From the NCBI GenBank assembly GCA_963776275.1, contig CAVZMI010000023.1, forward strand, positions 64,001 to 128,000: a stretch of 64,000 nt of DNA, read 5' to 3'. Positions 10,701 to 20,800 of this stretch are shown piece after piece. Under the pieces are notes generated by a model. That model saw nothing but the letters and a program-made list of their open reading frames with translations. It was not told the DNA's origin and ran no database searches. The stretch is from Ignavibacteriota bacterium. Its GTDB lineage: Bacteria > Bacteroidota > Ignavibacteria > UBA10030 > CAVZMI01. The stretch's first letter is position 1. Each line of letters begins with the position of its first letter. The translations under genes and the position numbers were made by a program.

Positions 10701-12274
10701 CCGTTTATACAGAAAACTACGTATATCGTCCAGATCCTGACCATTATCCGACAGATAGCGTTGTGGCGGTCCGCAGTTCGTCCACCTCTGGTGGAATAGT
10801 ATATGCGGGTACGCGCTTCGCGGTTGGAATACCGGCACGAAATCCGGAGTTCCTGTCAGTGATGCGGGATACGACTATCGCGCAGGTTGATAGTGTTGCC
10901 TGGACGTACTCGGCGAAGTCAAATAATATCGGTGGGAGTATTACATCTTACTCGCTCGTCAATCCACCGACGGGTGCGGCGATTAATAGTTCAACAGGCA
11001 AGATGGTATACAAACCGGGTTATACGACAACTCCGGGTATCTACCAAATAATCGTATCGGCCAATGATAGTTCAATGTCGAAACTCGATACCGCGAATGT
11101 AACGGTAACGAAGTCGAACCGTGCGCCATCGTTCACGGCCACGGGGGCAGCGATATGGACGATAGATTCAGTGGTCGAGAGAGTTCCACAAGCCTTAACA
11201 TACATTGCATTGGACGCCGATCCGGGTGATGTCGTAACATACTCGATAGACACGACGTTTGGTGCACATATTAACGCAACAACGGGTGCGATGACCTGGA
11301 CGCCGACTTTTGCACAGGCCGGACATAGCTATATTCTGAAGGTGAAAGCTACCGATGGTACAGCAACAGACTCCACATCGCATAGTGTATTTGTGAAGCA
11401 CAGCAGAAGGAAGGGAGATACGAACGGATCAGGGAGTATTTCAACGACGGATGCAACGGCAATATTACAGTCTATTGTTGGAATAGATCCAGGAATGACC
11501 ACTCTATTGGATCCAGCTGCAGCGTGGGCTGCGGATGTATCTCTGAACAGTTCGGTATCGGCGCTTGATGCTTCCTATATTCTGCAATATCTAGTAGGCA
11601 AACGTGGTTTACCGAACCTACCGAAACCGATCGTGGCAAGCGGTACACTGAGCTGGGGTAATCTGGTATCCGGCGAAGTAGCAGGAACGATAACGCTGCC
11701 ATTAAAGGTTAGGAATGCTTCGAATATTTATTCAGTAGAATTCAAGGCAAACATTGGTTCATTGAAGGTTGATGATCTGAAGGCGAATTTGCCGAAGGAT
11801 TGGCTAATCATCTATAAGGCGACCGAAGGGAAGTTAGCGGTTGCAGCAGCTGGTGTAACGCCGATCTCGGATGGTAACATTGCTACAATATGCTTCAAGG
11901 TCGATAAGGATCAGAAGCCGGAGAAGGTGGATGTTGATGTTCTTATGAACGAGAGCACCAATCAGACGCTTTCAGTCCAGGTAGCACCGTTGCCAACGGA
12001 GTTTGCCTTAGAGAACAACTATCCGAACCCGTTCAACCCGACGACAACGATCAAGTATCAGTTGCCGGAAGATGTCCGTGTTAGCGTGACAATCTACAAT
12101 ATTCAAGGTCAGGTTGTCCGGACACTGGTGAACGAAGATCAGAAAGCTGGATATTACACGATTCAGTGGGATGGTCGGAGTGAAGCTGGAACAACGGTTG
12201 CGACGGGAATCTACATCTACCGAATCAACGCTGGTTCGTTTGTAACAGCGAAGAAGATGGTGATGATGAAATAA
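4790..12274 (+). CDS. Giant secreted protein (2494 aa): signal peptide, G/T/S/N-rich beta-solenoid-like body, two cadherin/He_PIG-like Ig domains, dockerin, cohesin-like domain, FlgD-Ig/T9SS-type CTD
   Basis: Signal MNSKKLLKIGVLLVAMLMLVAGTSFA. Ig-like motifs YSLVNPPTGAAINSSTG, NRAPSF, DADPGD. Dockerin KGDTNGSGSISTTDATAILQ..AADVSLNSSVSALDASYILQYLVG. C-terminal LENNYPNPFNPTTTI..WDGR..GIYIYRI. RBS ggagg. Confidence 0.88.
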   Translation: MNSKKLLKIGVLLVAMLMLVAGTSFASTKYYVNVQTGLDTKDGLTPGNAKHSIMNAIAAAAPGDTISVDQANGNQYLEDVYVDKVLYFTSTTGSPSVTNWRVKIVAAVGSGITGNRCTFLGPYTLTGGLEIENGEIYGGGNLTVGTQLVRYGVNTSTPTPNYSTVVHGQILFTPYVDFYDSTNGYNMTTGEEMPPTAVSAMHNFTTTGSGTVTLNQSKWMNGTLTTGGVLALGSSILTINAQSLLHSVGGNITGAASGGTLTFTMNGPTTIQGNTYTLPNIITSGGSYLLTIDGATGGIGNVTSGGTTSITILNFVGAASTNVLGDVTNNSAPGTITLTLAQYIKSLTNTGSGHIQVDAAAAIDVSGIVLQSGSNAANSYISFTNTAATVYVHGSVTNSNAGYILFNNTSDAATTIRTGAVLQSGTGRILFNGGTTASSVSNNPASSLTLATGTKAVGDNYAVIRFTSGTGIVTINGNVSNIVTFSGSATYTATGTTNWTHTGEITFAATAAALTITGYIDVFATGNYNAVSGGGSALNATVSTNGSVIIASVGGNVAINGGIRDRTNWPTISNVTSVGNGMVDISARTTGHLGESGTRIGAISNTSSTTGDLVHGNILLGGTPDGVPFYGSSMISTGGHGGQILLGNQTVDMSQGVLNQRTESAYHIQFGSAPTPGIAVSISGNVQNTGKSTIYFKVFQGNGGENFLAGGLISSGASGNILVDGPCTDANGQFRLGSITLSNGTITLGDSVSGPIMNVIVSTLYGTGNVSFTGGTFKMGTTVAPCGRLLVLDGYAHKFSSPTTRTDFTSDKNCQLLVQRVSSFVAAQTLTGDLTETVWPGTLYINNLTGVPDSDAVKFDGGNFRILDSVNFMAGKVSINNMHIFIGGQIPGPTGVGNFINVSSYHTIADGFITMNGNNESAPGQTVAGAGSFGNFEVDVDSIVTVEPSTGPFTAIFGLTKGRVYGGTDVRFDTLKFTGTWPTIRRNAGTFDSAPTFVTMVNVIYIGVDKTSSNELPVATDKLWNLTVSTTNGLQAGAAGKGTVQVTVNTTVNGKINVYPGQALELYDADLTMKGDSIILNGDIASYEMEDELWLIRPTGTIIKGAGVLPNTHVDTGSVGNVIDGAQGIAMYLLGPNGWRGGGDDTIPGYSGLLVVGNYDNTPPAGITLKFGAPNSSSKAHIGCFDYVGYFPGLIVKKAGTVTLAADAIVRGINQYGTINVDGYTLTDRSAVSYFGNRSVTTGSSMGVLRFEPDDMFAAISVKTPPVDAKRSAALEAFAAKYIPKNLPATKMTLPDGEMKSLKSPQPSLTVSWQWLELYGVSDTIVTINTNVTLASSANLPTVRGILEQYNDFKITGNVRLDSLTRWDMEDTLTLTGQTIRVAKGCKFWTSGSALHLNPSTPPLIYTTNNNPEEITNLIVSNNVKITGGTFEVYNLLHDGGVLDYSDPDIRIDGIFTRRGNSSYNCGNNWFIFAGTTFDQDTTDMTLVNLSFESTGASALINRGIVNVSNKLRLAATDAYAVDINNTPPTAGATRLAVANQDTVIYIGGRFDVKPTYGGTITLITQLTTSKVIHETVWASNSASLVDTLIIDNVGSGVKSYMPTSPRSYRQINNSLELRVGILSLDGDTLNLPDTLTIRRRQTGSLDLDGGTIPWHWTNVVYEPTAASPDGNISTGPELLSPVNNLTITKYGTPAPGNALTTLTRDLVVNGTLRVANNFSMGTHTLELDGHMVVTAPQLTFNGTLIFGGSLPVQTVQLNGTLSPTNVIMQKTAQGLVNVSGGNMDVALMLTFYNGILNITPPSVVIIHKPGGGGQGFDHSGVVYGTCLSHVRGKVRQQVPAGAGNISDGRFEFPVGGLTRTSYRLIAFTFTQNYPVINTTNIEVMNVDTIPEGVKNMPINGGYGIKIRNYPNYFWLVNATPSSFTQTQQFDVELHGTDLIYPDILKDDLRIIRRQDGNALINGWFMQGDSTVYTENYVYRPDPDHYPTDSVVAVRSSSTSGGIVYAGTRFAVGIPARNPEFLSVMRDTTIAQVDSVAWTYSAKSNNIGGSITSYSLVNPPTGAAINSSTGKMVYKPGYTTTPGIYQIIVSANDSSMSKLDTANVTVTKSNRAPSFTATGAAIWTIDSVVERVPQALTYIALDADPGDVVTYSIDTTFGAHINATTGAMTWTPTFAQAGHSYILKVKATDGTATDSTSHSVFVKHSRRKGDTNGSGSISTTDATAILQSIVGIDPGMTTLLDPAAAWAADVSLNSSVSALDASYILQYLVGKRGLPNLPKPIVASGTLSWGNLVSGEVAGTITLPLKVRNASNIYSVEFKANIGSLKVDDLKANLPKDWLIIYKATEGKLAVAAAGVTPISDGNIATICFKVDKDQKPEKVDVDVLMNESTNQTLSVQVAPLPTEFALENNYPNPFNPTTTIKYQLPEDVRVSVTIYNIQGQVVRTLVNEDQKAGYYTIQWDGRSEAGTTVATGIYIYRINAGSFVTAKKMVMMK

Positions 12275-12290
12275 CGCTTTCGCAATTTAT

Positions 12291-12343
12291 CCGGGAGGGG
12301 TGGAGTGTCCCGATGAAAACGGGATGCTCCGCCTTTGACCGGG
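12291..12343 (+). other. Intergenic hairpin (RNA stabiliser or partial terminator) between giant and cohesin genes
   Basis: ccgggaggggtggagtgtcccg atgaaaa cgggatgctccgcctttgaccggg; identical in copy 2. Confidence 0.5.
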
Positions 12344-12403
12344 AGTTGTGAAGAGACATTTAAATGAATTAACAAATTTTACTCACAAAGAAAAGGGGGC
12401 AAG

Positions 12404-13603
12404 ATGCGCAAAGTTACATTTCCTTTCCTGAAGACCCTAGTAATAGTCTTTGGGGTGCTTTTGCTTGCCACCAATGTTGCCTTGGCACAGGTACCGGTAA
12501 GCCTGCCGAATATAGCATCGAGAGTAGGAATAACCAGACCCATCGACGTGACAGTAGGAACAATATCCAGAGCGATGGCTGTGATATCGTATCAGTTCGA
12601 TCTATTATACGATTCTACAACTATCCTTGTCACTAACTACACCTTGGAGGGAACGATATCAGCGGGAGTAAAAGCGCCCGTGGTAGTGATATCGACTCCA
12701 GGGATCGTAAGGGTAGCGGTAGCCAGTGATTCGGCGATTTTTGGGTCTGGAACGCTGATTAGATTCTATGCGCTGATGAAAACACTGAACGACACGTCAT
12801 ATTTAAACCTGTCAGGGTTTAAATTCAACGAAGGTAGTCCGGCAAGTACGGTAACGAACGGCCGGGTAATTATTCCGTTGTTTAGTGTGAGCCTGCCTGC
12901 GGTAGATAGTGTTAAAGTCAAACAAGACTCGATATTCAACATACCGATTACTACGGATTTTATCACAGGTAGAGGGATACTGTCATATCAATTTGCCGTA
13001 TCGTACGATACCAATTTTATTGTGATCACAGGAGTGGACAAGGCAGGAACAATCTCTGCAAATATGAGTATTCTTGTGAACGCAACTGTAGCCGGACGGA
13101 TATCGGTTGCAGCGGCATCGGACAGTATACTTTCTGGAGGAGATGGAGCGACATTAATCTATCTTCAGGCAAGGATTAAACCAAATGCACATGGGACATC
13201 GGCGTTGACATTTGTGGATGGTTTCTTCCAGTACAATGAAGGGACCCCGCCAGTTGGTGCAGTTGATGGTAGTATCTATGTTAAAGATATTACCGCAATC
13301 AGGCAGACAGACCCAGTACCGACAAAATACGTGCTCGATCAAAACTATCCGAATCCGTTTAACCCGACGACAATGATAACTTTCGGGTTGCCGAAGGAAT
13401 CGAACGTGACGCTCGAGGTGTACAACATACTCGGGATGAAAGTACGCACGTTGATAGCCGGAGAGCGGATGAATGCAGCGAAGTACTCGATAGATTGGGA
13501 TGGTAAGGACAACTCCGGGATGTCAGTCCCGAGTGGAGTGTATCTCTACCGTCTTCATACGGATAAGTTCGACGCGGCAAGGAAGATGGTATTGGTGAAA
13601 TAG
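12404..13603 (+). CDS. Secreted double-cohesin-domain protein with FlgD-Ig/T9SS-type CTD (399 aa)
   Basis: Signal peptide; two ~130-aa repeats (ISYQFDLLYD / LSYQFAVSYD; GIVRVAVAS / GRISVAAAS; GSGTLIRF / GATLIYL; FNEG / YNEG); C-terminal QNYPNPFNPTT. Confidence 0.85.
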   Translation: MRKVTFPFLKTLVIVFGVLLLATNVALAQVPVSLPNIASRVGITRPIDVTVGTISRAMAVISYQFDLLYDSTTILVTNYTLEGTISAGVKAPVVVISTPGIVRVAVASDSAIFGSGTLIRFYALMKTLNDTSYLNLSGFKFNEGSPASTVTNGRVIIPLFSVSLPAVDSVKVKQDSIFNIPITTDFITGRGILSYQFAVSYDTNFIVITGVDKAGTISANMSILVNATVAGRISVAAASDSILSGGDGATLIYLQARIKPNAHGTSALTFVDGFFQYNEGTPPVGAVDGSIYVKDITAIRQTDPVPTKYVLDQNYPNPFNPTTMITFGLPKESNVTLEVYNILGMKVRTLIAGERMNAAKYSIDWDGKDNSGMSVPSGVYLYRLHTDKFDAARKMVLVK

Positions 13604-13627
13604 CATTGGTCAAGTAGAAATAAGTTC

Positions 13628-13673
13628 AGAGCAGCCCTGTCCCGATACAATCGGGATGGGGCTGTGCTGTTTA
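13628..13673 (+). terminator. Putative intrinsic terminator after cohesin gene 1
   Basis: gcagccctgtcccgat acaa tcgggatggggctgt hairpin followed by tgttt. Confidence 0.6.
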
Positions 13674-13697
13674 AGAGAGAGAGATCGAGATCGAGGT

Positions 13698-13748
13698 CAA
13701 TCCTTCGATTCGTCCCGATATAGAACATCGGGACTCGCTCAGGGCAAG
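13698..13748. repeat. REP-like nested palindrome
   Basis: caatccttcgattcgtcccgat atagaac atcgggactcgctcagggcaag; same family as 31030-31180. Confidence 0.7.
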
Positions 13749-13776
13749 GATTGAGGTCGAGGAGAGAAAGAAATTT

Positions 13777-14151
13777 ATGTATAAATCTTTCAAAGAGATG
13801 CCTGTCTGGCAGGAAGCGATGTCAATTGCAGTGGATATATTCCATATGACGGAGAGTCTTCCGAAGAAAGAGGATTATGGATTGACCTCACAGTTACGCC
13901 GATCGGCATTAAGTATCTCGGCCAATATATCCGAAGCCTTTGGCCGAAAACATAATAAGGATAAAATCAATTTTTATTCTTTCGCGAGAGGTTCTTTAAT
14001 TGAGACTCAGAGCCATTTGGAGTATGCAAAGAGAGTGGGATATATCGAAGAGGAAGTACATCAACGCATCGATGAGCACTTGGATGTCCTACATAAAGAT
14101 CTGAATAAAATTATGTTGACTCTTAGGTCTCAATCGCGTTCTAAACCTTAA
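13777..14151 (+). CDS. Four helix bundle protein (23S rRNA intervening-sequence protein family)
   Basis: Motifs EMPVWQEA, LPKKEDYGLTSQLRRSALSISANISEAFGR, FYSFARGSLIETQSHL. Confidence 0.92.
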   Translation: MYKSFKEMPVWQEAMSIAVDIFHMTESLPKKEDYGLTSQLRRSALSISANISEAFGRKHNKDKINFYSFARGSLIETQSHLEYAKRVGYIEEEVHQRIDEHLDVLHKDLNKIMLTLRSQSRSKP

Positions 14152-14215
14152 TCTTGACCTTAATCTTAACCTCTCTCTTGCCCTTTCAAAGCGCATTTAC
14201 TGCTGCTTTTTAAAC

Positions 14216-14355
14216 TTCCCGCATTTCAACCGTCGGATTCACGCATCTTGTGTCTCAAGAGAGTATCCATCGAAATCGAAAAAGAGCAAATCACATTGAT
14301 ATTAATAGTCTAAATCTCAATAAGTGATCCTTTTCCTTCCTGGCATTAGGTTTGA
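14216..14355 (+). promoter_or_regulatory. Second copy of the 22-bp-period operator pair plus sigma54-like element
   Basis: ttcccgcatttc (14216), ttcacgcatc (14238); tggcattaggtttga at 14341-14355. Confidence 0.5.
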
Positions 14356-14421
14356 TTATATTATCGACAAGAGCGATGATAATTTTTATATTGATTCTCA
14401 TACCGCAAAGGAAGGGGCAAG

Positions 14422-14650
14422 ATGCGCAAAAGTTACATTTCTTTTCCTGAAGGCTCTGGTAATCGTCTTTGGGGTGCTTCTGCATGCCACCAATGTTGTC
14501 TTTACAGGTACCGGTAAAACTACTGAATATAGTAGCAAGAGCAGGGACAACCAGAACCATAGACGTGACAGAGTGTTATATCAATATCATTGTGTCGTAC
14601 GATACCAATTATATTATGATCATAGGAGTGAGCACTACAGGGACGAGTTC
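14422..14650 (+). pseudogene. Degenerate, internally deleted third copy of the double-cohesin gene
   Basis: ggggcaagATGcgcaaaagttacatt matches the 12404 start, with frameshifts. After gacgtgacag it jumps to sequence matching ~12980-13050 (tcgtacgataccaatt, second cohesin). Confidence 0.8.
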
Positions 14651-14668
14651 TTTACCGATAAAACTATC

Positions 14669-14697
14669 TTGACATAGAGGTTGAGAATCTCTATATT
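14669..14697 (+). promoter_or_regulatory. Sigma70-type promoter of giant-protein operon copy 2
   Basis: TTGACA-17 bp-TATATT. Confidence 0.75.
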
Positions 14698-14877
14698 AGC
14701 GTACATACTTTATGCTGGGAAGCTTACGATAGGGATTAAACAGGAAGCCGAAGCGGTGTATTATATCTTATTTGCTAATCGATTCTTTCCTTTTGTAATT
14801 CGCAATAATATTATTTCATTCAGTCAATTTACTACCTTCTGATCTCCTAAACAATACTCTATTTTTGGAGGAAACAA

Positions 14878-17800
14878 ATGAACTCAAAAAAACTTTTGAA
14901 AATTGGCGTACTGCTGGTAGCGATGCTGATGCTCGTTGCGGGCACATCATTTGCGAACACGTATTACGTCAACGTTCAAACCGGGTTGGACACCAAAGAT
15001 GGTCTCACACCGGGTAATGCAAAGCATTCTATTTCGAATGCTATTGCAGCAGCAGCTCCAGGTGATACCATCAGCGTCGACTGGGCAAACGGGAATCAAT
15101 ATCTCGAAGAGGTCTATGTCGACAAGGTGCTCTATTTCACTTCTACAAATGGAACTCCATCCGTGACAAACTGGCGAGTTAAAATTGTCGCAGCCTCCGG
15201 GTCGGGAATTACAGGCAATAGATGTACTTTCCTTGGCCCGTATTTTTTTACGGGCAGCCTGGAAATTGAAAATGGTGAAATCTACGGCGGTGGCAATCTC
15301 CTGGTTGAAACACAACTTATACGTTACGGCGTAAATACAAGTACGCCAACACCAAATTATAGCACTGTAGTCCACGGTCAGATTTTGTTTCTCCCCTATG
15401 TGGATTTTATTGATTCTACGAATGGTTACAACATGACGACCGGGTATGAGCTTCCGCAGACAGCAGTTAATGCCATGCGGAATTTCTATACCAGAGGCAG
15501 CGGTACAGTGACGTTGAATGAAAGTAAGATAATGAATGCTCAATTGATCACTGAAGGTGTATTAGCCTTAGGTGGGAATACTCTTACAATTAACGGCAAT
15601 TATGCTCATACCATAGGTGGCAATGTAACGGGCGGTTCAGCGGGTGGCAAAATGATATTTGCCATGAGTGGTGGTGGTGCAACCGTTATTGGTAATTATG
15701 TAATGCCGAACATTGTAGCTTCAGGTTCAGGTTCCAACACATTAACACTCAACACAAATGCCGGTGGCATTTATAGCATTTTGGCTACAGGTGGTGCAAG
15801 TGTCAATGTCCCGAGCTATGTCGGCACCGGTTCCGGATCTGGTGATGTTATTAATAAAATCGGAGCTGTTACTGATAGCAGCAAGGATGGGAATATTACT
15901 CTGAACGCTGCTCGATATATTACCTCGTTGTCAAATACGAACACGGGGTATATTCTATTAGCAACTGCTGCGGCGATAGATGTTTCCGGAAACGTTTCCA
16001 ACAGCGGCAATGGAGGTTACATTTCATTTGGCAATGTTGGTTGTACGGTTAATGTCCATGGCGCTGTTACAAATTCAAATGCAGGATACATCTCTTTCGC
16101 AGCTACTAATGATGCAGTCACAACGAATCAGGTTGGTGACGTTACGCAGAGTTCAAGCGGTTTTATAGAGTTTGATGGCGGCGCAACAGCTAAAAGTTTA
16201 ACGAATAACATTTCTAGCTTAGCTTTAGGTGCTAATACCAGAGTTGGAGCTAATTATGTTGGTGTTATTCGTTTTACAAGGGCTACTGCAACTATAACAA
16301 TTAATGGAAACGTCTCGAATATAGTCACTTATACAGGAACGGCTACATATAATAATGCTGGAAATACAACGAACTGGACACATACCGGCGAGATCTCATT
16401 TGCAGCAACAGGCGCAGCGTTGACCATCACTGGTTACATTGATGTTTTCGCAACTGGTAATTATGGGGCAGTTAATGGGGGTACAGGTTCGACCAACGCA
16501 ATTGTGAGCAACAACGGTTCTGTCATTATTGCCTCTGTAGGCGGTAATGTAGCAATCAATGGCGGTATTAGAGACCGTACAAACTGGCCGGATGTCAGCA
16601 GTCACGTCACATCTCTCGGTAATGGTATGGTCGACATGTCGACACGTACGACTGGTCATCTCGGTGAATCAGGTACACGCATTGGCGCGATTTCGAACAC
16701 ATCAACAACAGGGACAACTGACCTGGTGCACGGTAATATTCTTCTTGGCGGGACACCAGACGGAGTTCCTTTCTACGGGTCCTCGATGATCTCGACCGGA
16801 TCACACGGCGGTCAGATACTTCTTGGTAACCAAACCGTCGATATGTCGCAGAGCGTCGTCAATCAACGCACGATTACTGCCAATCATATCCAATTTGGTA
16901 GTGCAGCGACACCGGGTATTGCTGTGTCGATCAGCGGCAATATTCAGAATACTGATAAATCAACAATTACATTCCCGTCATTCCAGGGAAATGGCGGTGA
17001 GAATTTCCTGGCCGGGGGACTTATTTCAAGCGGTGCAAGCGGTAATATTCTTGTAGCTGGTCCTTGCACAGACGCGAATGGACAATTCCGTCTTGGTAGT
17101 ATCACGCTTTCGAATGGTACTATTACTCTTGGAGACAGCGCAAGTGGACCCACGATGAATGTAATTGTCAGCACGCTCTACGGTACTGGCAATGTGAGTT
17201 TCACAGGAGGCACATTCAAAATGGGTACAACGGTTGCTCCTTGCGGTCGCCTTCTTGTACTCGATGGATACGCTCACAAATTCAGCTCTGCGACTACAAG
17301 AACAGATTTCACTAGCGAAAGAAACTGTCAGCTCCTTGTCCAGCGTGTTTCATCTTTCGTTGCGGCACAGACACTGACAGGCGACCTGACAGAAACTGTA
17401 TGGCCGGGTACGTTATATATTAATAACCTTACTGGAGTTCCCGATAGCGACGCCGTGAAATTCGACGGCGGTAATTTCCGCATTCTGGATTCCGTGAACT
17501 TCATGAACGGCAAAGTCAGCATTAACAATATGCACATATTCATCGGCGGTCAGATACCCGGACCTACCGGTGTTGGTAACTTTATAAACACTTCAAGTTA
17601 CCACACGATAGCAGATGGATTTATTACCATGAATGGTAATAATGAAGTTGCACCGGGACAGACAGTCGCTGGAGTCGGTTCATTCGGTAATTTTGAAGTT
17701 GATGTTGATTCTATCGTGACAGTAGAACCTAGTACTGGTCCATTCACGGCGATCTTCGGTCTTACAAAAGGTCGCGTATATGGTGGAACGGATGTTGTAT

Positions 17801-20800
17801 TCGATACACTCAAATTTACCGGTACCTGGCCGACTATTCGCCGTAATGCCGGTACATTCGATAGTGCACCATCGTTCATCACGATGGTTAACGTGATTTA
17901 CATCGGCGTCGATAAGACATCATCACTGGAGTTGCCGACTGCAGAGAATAAGTTGAATAACCTTACAGTCGCAACAACGAACGGTCTACAAACGGGTGGT
18001 GCCGGTAAAGGCACTGTACAGGTTACCGTTCCGACGTACGTCAACGGTAAAATCATTGTGAATCCGGGTCAGGCTCTCTGCCTCTTTGGGGCCAGTCTGT
18101 ATATGAGGGGTGACTCGATCATACTGAACGGTGATATTACAAGTCATATGTTATTCGACATGCTTATATTAGACCGTCCGACCGGAACGATCATTAAAGG
18201 CGCTGGTGTTTTGCCGGCCGTGCAAGTCGATACGGGTTCGGTTGGAAACATGATCGACGGAGCAAAAGGTATTACACAGTTTCTCCTCGGTGCTGACGGC
18301 TGGCGTGGTGGTGCTGCTGATAATCTTCCCGGTAGTACGGGTGCACTCTTCATTGGTTATGTGGGAGGCACCGACACGGCACAGATCACTGTGAAGTTCG
18401 GCCCTCCGGATTCCACGACAAAAGCGCACATCGGATACTTTAACGGCACATACGGCTTGATAGTCTTACCACACGGGAATTTAACGCTTGCGGCTGATAT
18501 GATTGTTAAAGGAATTTACCAATACGGGACGATCGATGTTAAAACCTATACATTAACCGATCGATTCAGGTTTAGCTATTTTTCTGCGACCTCCGTTACA
18601 ACAGGCACGGGTGTTTTGCGATTCGAACCGGAAGGTTTGGTCGGACCACCACCATCCGTGAAGGCACCATCTCAGGAAAAAATCGCAGCACATAAAGAGT
18701 ATGCAAAATTTATTACGGCAGATATAGCAACTCGTGAGATACCTCAATCTGCTGTGAAATCCATGCAATCATGGATATCTAAAAAATCTCCAAAATCTCC
18801 ATCAACAAGTGGTAAAGCGTTGTTCTACGAATCAATACTGGTCGGTGATGGTGGACCAGTTACAATCAACACAAACGTGCAGGTTGCATCAGTTCCGGAT
18901 GGGACTCCCGGCTTGTTAGTCCAGGAGGGTATATTTGATCATATCACAAAGGTTGCATCAGTTCCGGGAGCAATTCCCGACCCTGCTATTCCTCTGGAAG
19001 GTGCCGGTAATTTTACTATCACGAAGAACCTGCAGCTTGATAGTATAACGACCTGGCTTATTAGCTATGATTTCGTATTAACGGTAACCGGCTCCTCGGT
19101 GCGGATGGCGCCAACGACAGCATTTTTAACCGGAGGAGATTTACTAATAGATTCAAAGAAACCTGTTCCGACTACTGCCGACGCTCTGCTTGACGATGGA
19201 ATGCTCAGACTCAATCCGACAGTACCTCCGTTAACATTCGCATGCTACGGGGACCCGGAAATCAGGAATCTATGGGTCAGCAACGACGTGATACTTGCAG
19301 GTGAAGGTCTCTATATAAATAATTTTCTTCATGATGGAGGCGTACTGGATTATAGTGCAGACGATTTCTCCGTTTTGGATACATATATCAGGCGTGACAA
19401 CGCTTCCTACAAGACCGTCAATACCTGGTTTATCTTCAAAGGTATCACGTTCGATCAAGACACGACTGATATGACCCTGGTCAATCTTTCATTTGAAAGC
19501 ACAGGGCCAGACTCTCTAATAAATAGGGGTATCGTGAACGTATCGAACAAACTGAGACTCGCCTCGAACATAAATTATCCGGTGGATATCAATAATACTC
19601 CGCCAGTGGGAGGAGCAACCAGACTAGCGGTTGCCGCTCTTGATACGGTAATCTATATAGGCGGTCGTTTTGACGTTAAACCCACTTATGGAGGCACGAT
19701 AACACTTATCACACAGTTGACCACAAGTAAGGTCATTCATGAAACTGTATGGGCCTCCAACAGTGCATCGCTGGTCGACACTCTCATAATTGATAACGTA
19801 GGTAGCGGTGTTGTATCGTACATGCCGGGTACTCGTCAGATCAATAATTCTCTCGAACTCAGAGTCGGTGTATTATCATTGAATGGTGATACATTGAAAC
19901 TGCTCGACACCTTAACGATTCGCCGTCGTCAGACCGGATCGCTCGATCTAGACGGTGGGACGATTCCATGGCATTGGACCAATGTGGTGTACGAGCCGAC
20001 AGCTGCTTCTCCAGATGGTAATATTAGCACAGGTCCTGAACTTCTATCACCTGTGAATAACCTTACAATCACGAAATACGGTACTCCGGCTCCGGGTAAT
20101 GCACTAATTACCCTGACTAGAGATCTCGTGGTTAACGGTACGCTACGTGTGGCGAACAACTTCAGTATGGGTACCCATACTCTCGAGCTAGACGGTCACA
20201 TGGTAGTAACAGCCCCGCAGTTGACGTTTAATGGTACGTTGATATTCGGTGGTTCGCTTCCAGTTCAGACAGTACAGTTGAATGGAACGCTCAGCCCCAC
20301 TAACGTGATCATGCAAAAAACGGCTCAGGGCCTTGTCAATGTCTCGGGCGGTAATATGGATGTGGCACTCATGCTTACCTTCTACAATGGCATATTAAAT
20401 ATAACTCCACCGTCGGTTGTCATTATTCATAAGCCGGGAGGTGGTGGTCAAGGATTTGACCATTCGGGAGTTGTATATGGAACGTGTTTGAGTCACGTTC
20501 GTGGCAAGGTACGGCAACAGGTTCCTGCCGGAGCGGGAAACATTTCAGACGGTCGGTTTGAGTTCCCTGTTGGAGGGTTAACGAGGACCAGTTATCGTCT
20601 GATAGCGTTCACATTCACACAGAATTATCCGGTGATCAACACAACGAACATCGAGGTGATGAACGTTGATACGATACCGGAAGGTGTGAAGAACATGCCG
20701 ATCAATGGTGGTTATGGCATAAAGATCAGGAACTATCCGAATTACTTCTGGTTAGTCAATGCGACGCCGTCGAGCTTCACGCAGACACAGCAATTTGACG

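Larger units (their letters stand above)
4478..13673 (+). repeat. Tandem duplication unit 1 (promoter + giant gene + double-cohesin gene + terminator)
   Basis: Homologous to 14668-23890; 3' portions are offset by exactly 10217 bp. Confidence 0.95.

Noticed and set aside
13777-14151. DGR accessory protein Avd linked to the FGE gene
   Set aside because: The fold is related, but the motifs are those of the common 23S-IVP four helix bundle family. No RT or template repeat is adjacent and the gene is 48 kb from the FGE gene.
14324-14677. Real 117-aa CDS
   Set aside because: It is a frameshifted read-through of the cohesin pseudogene remnant.
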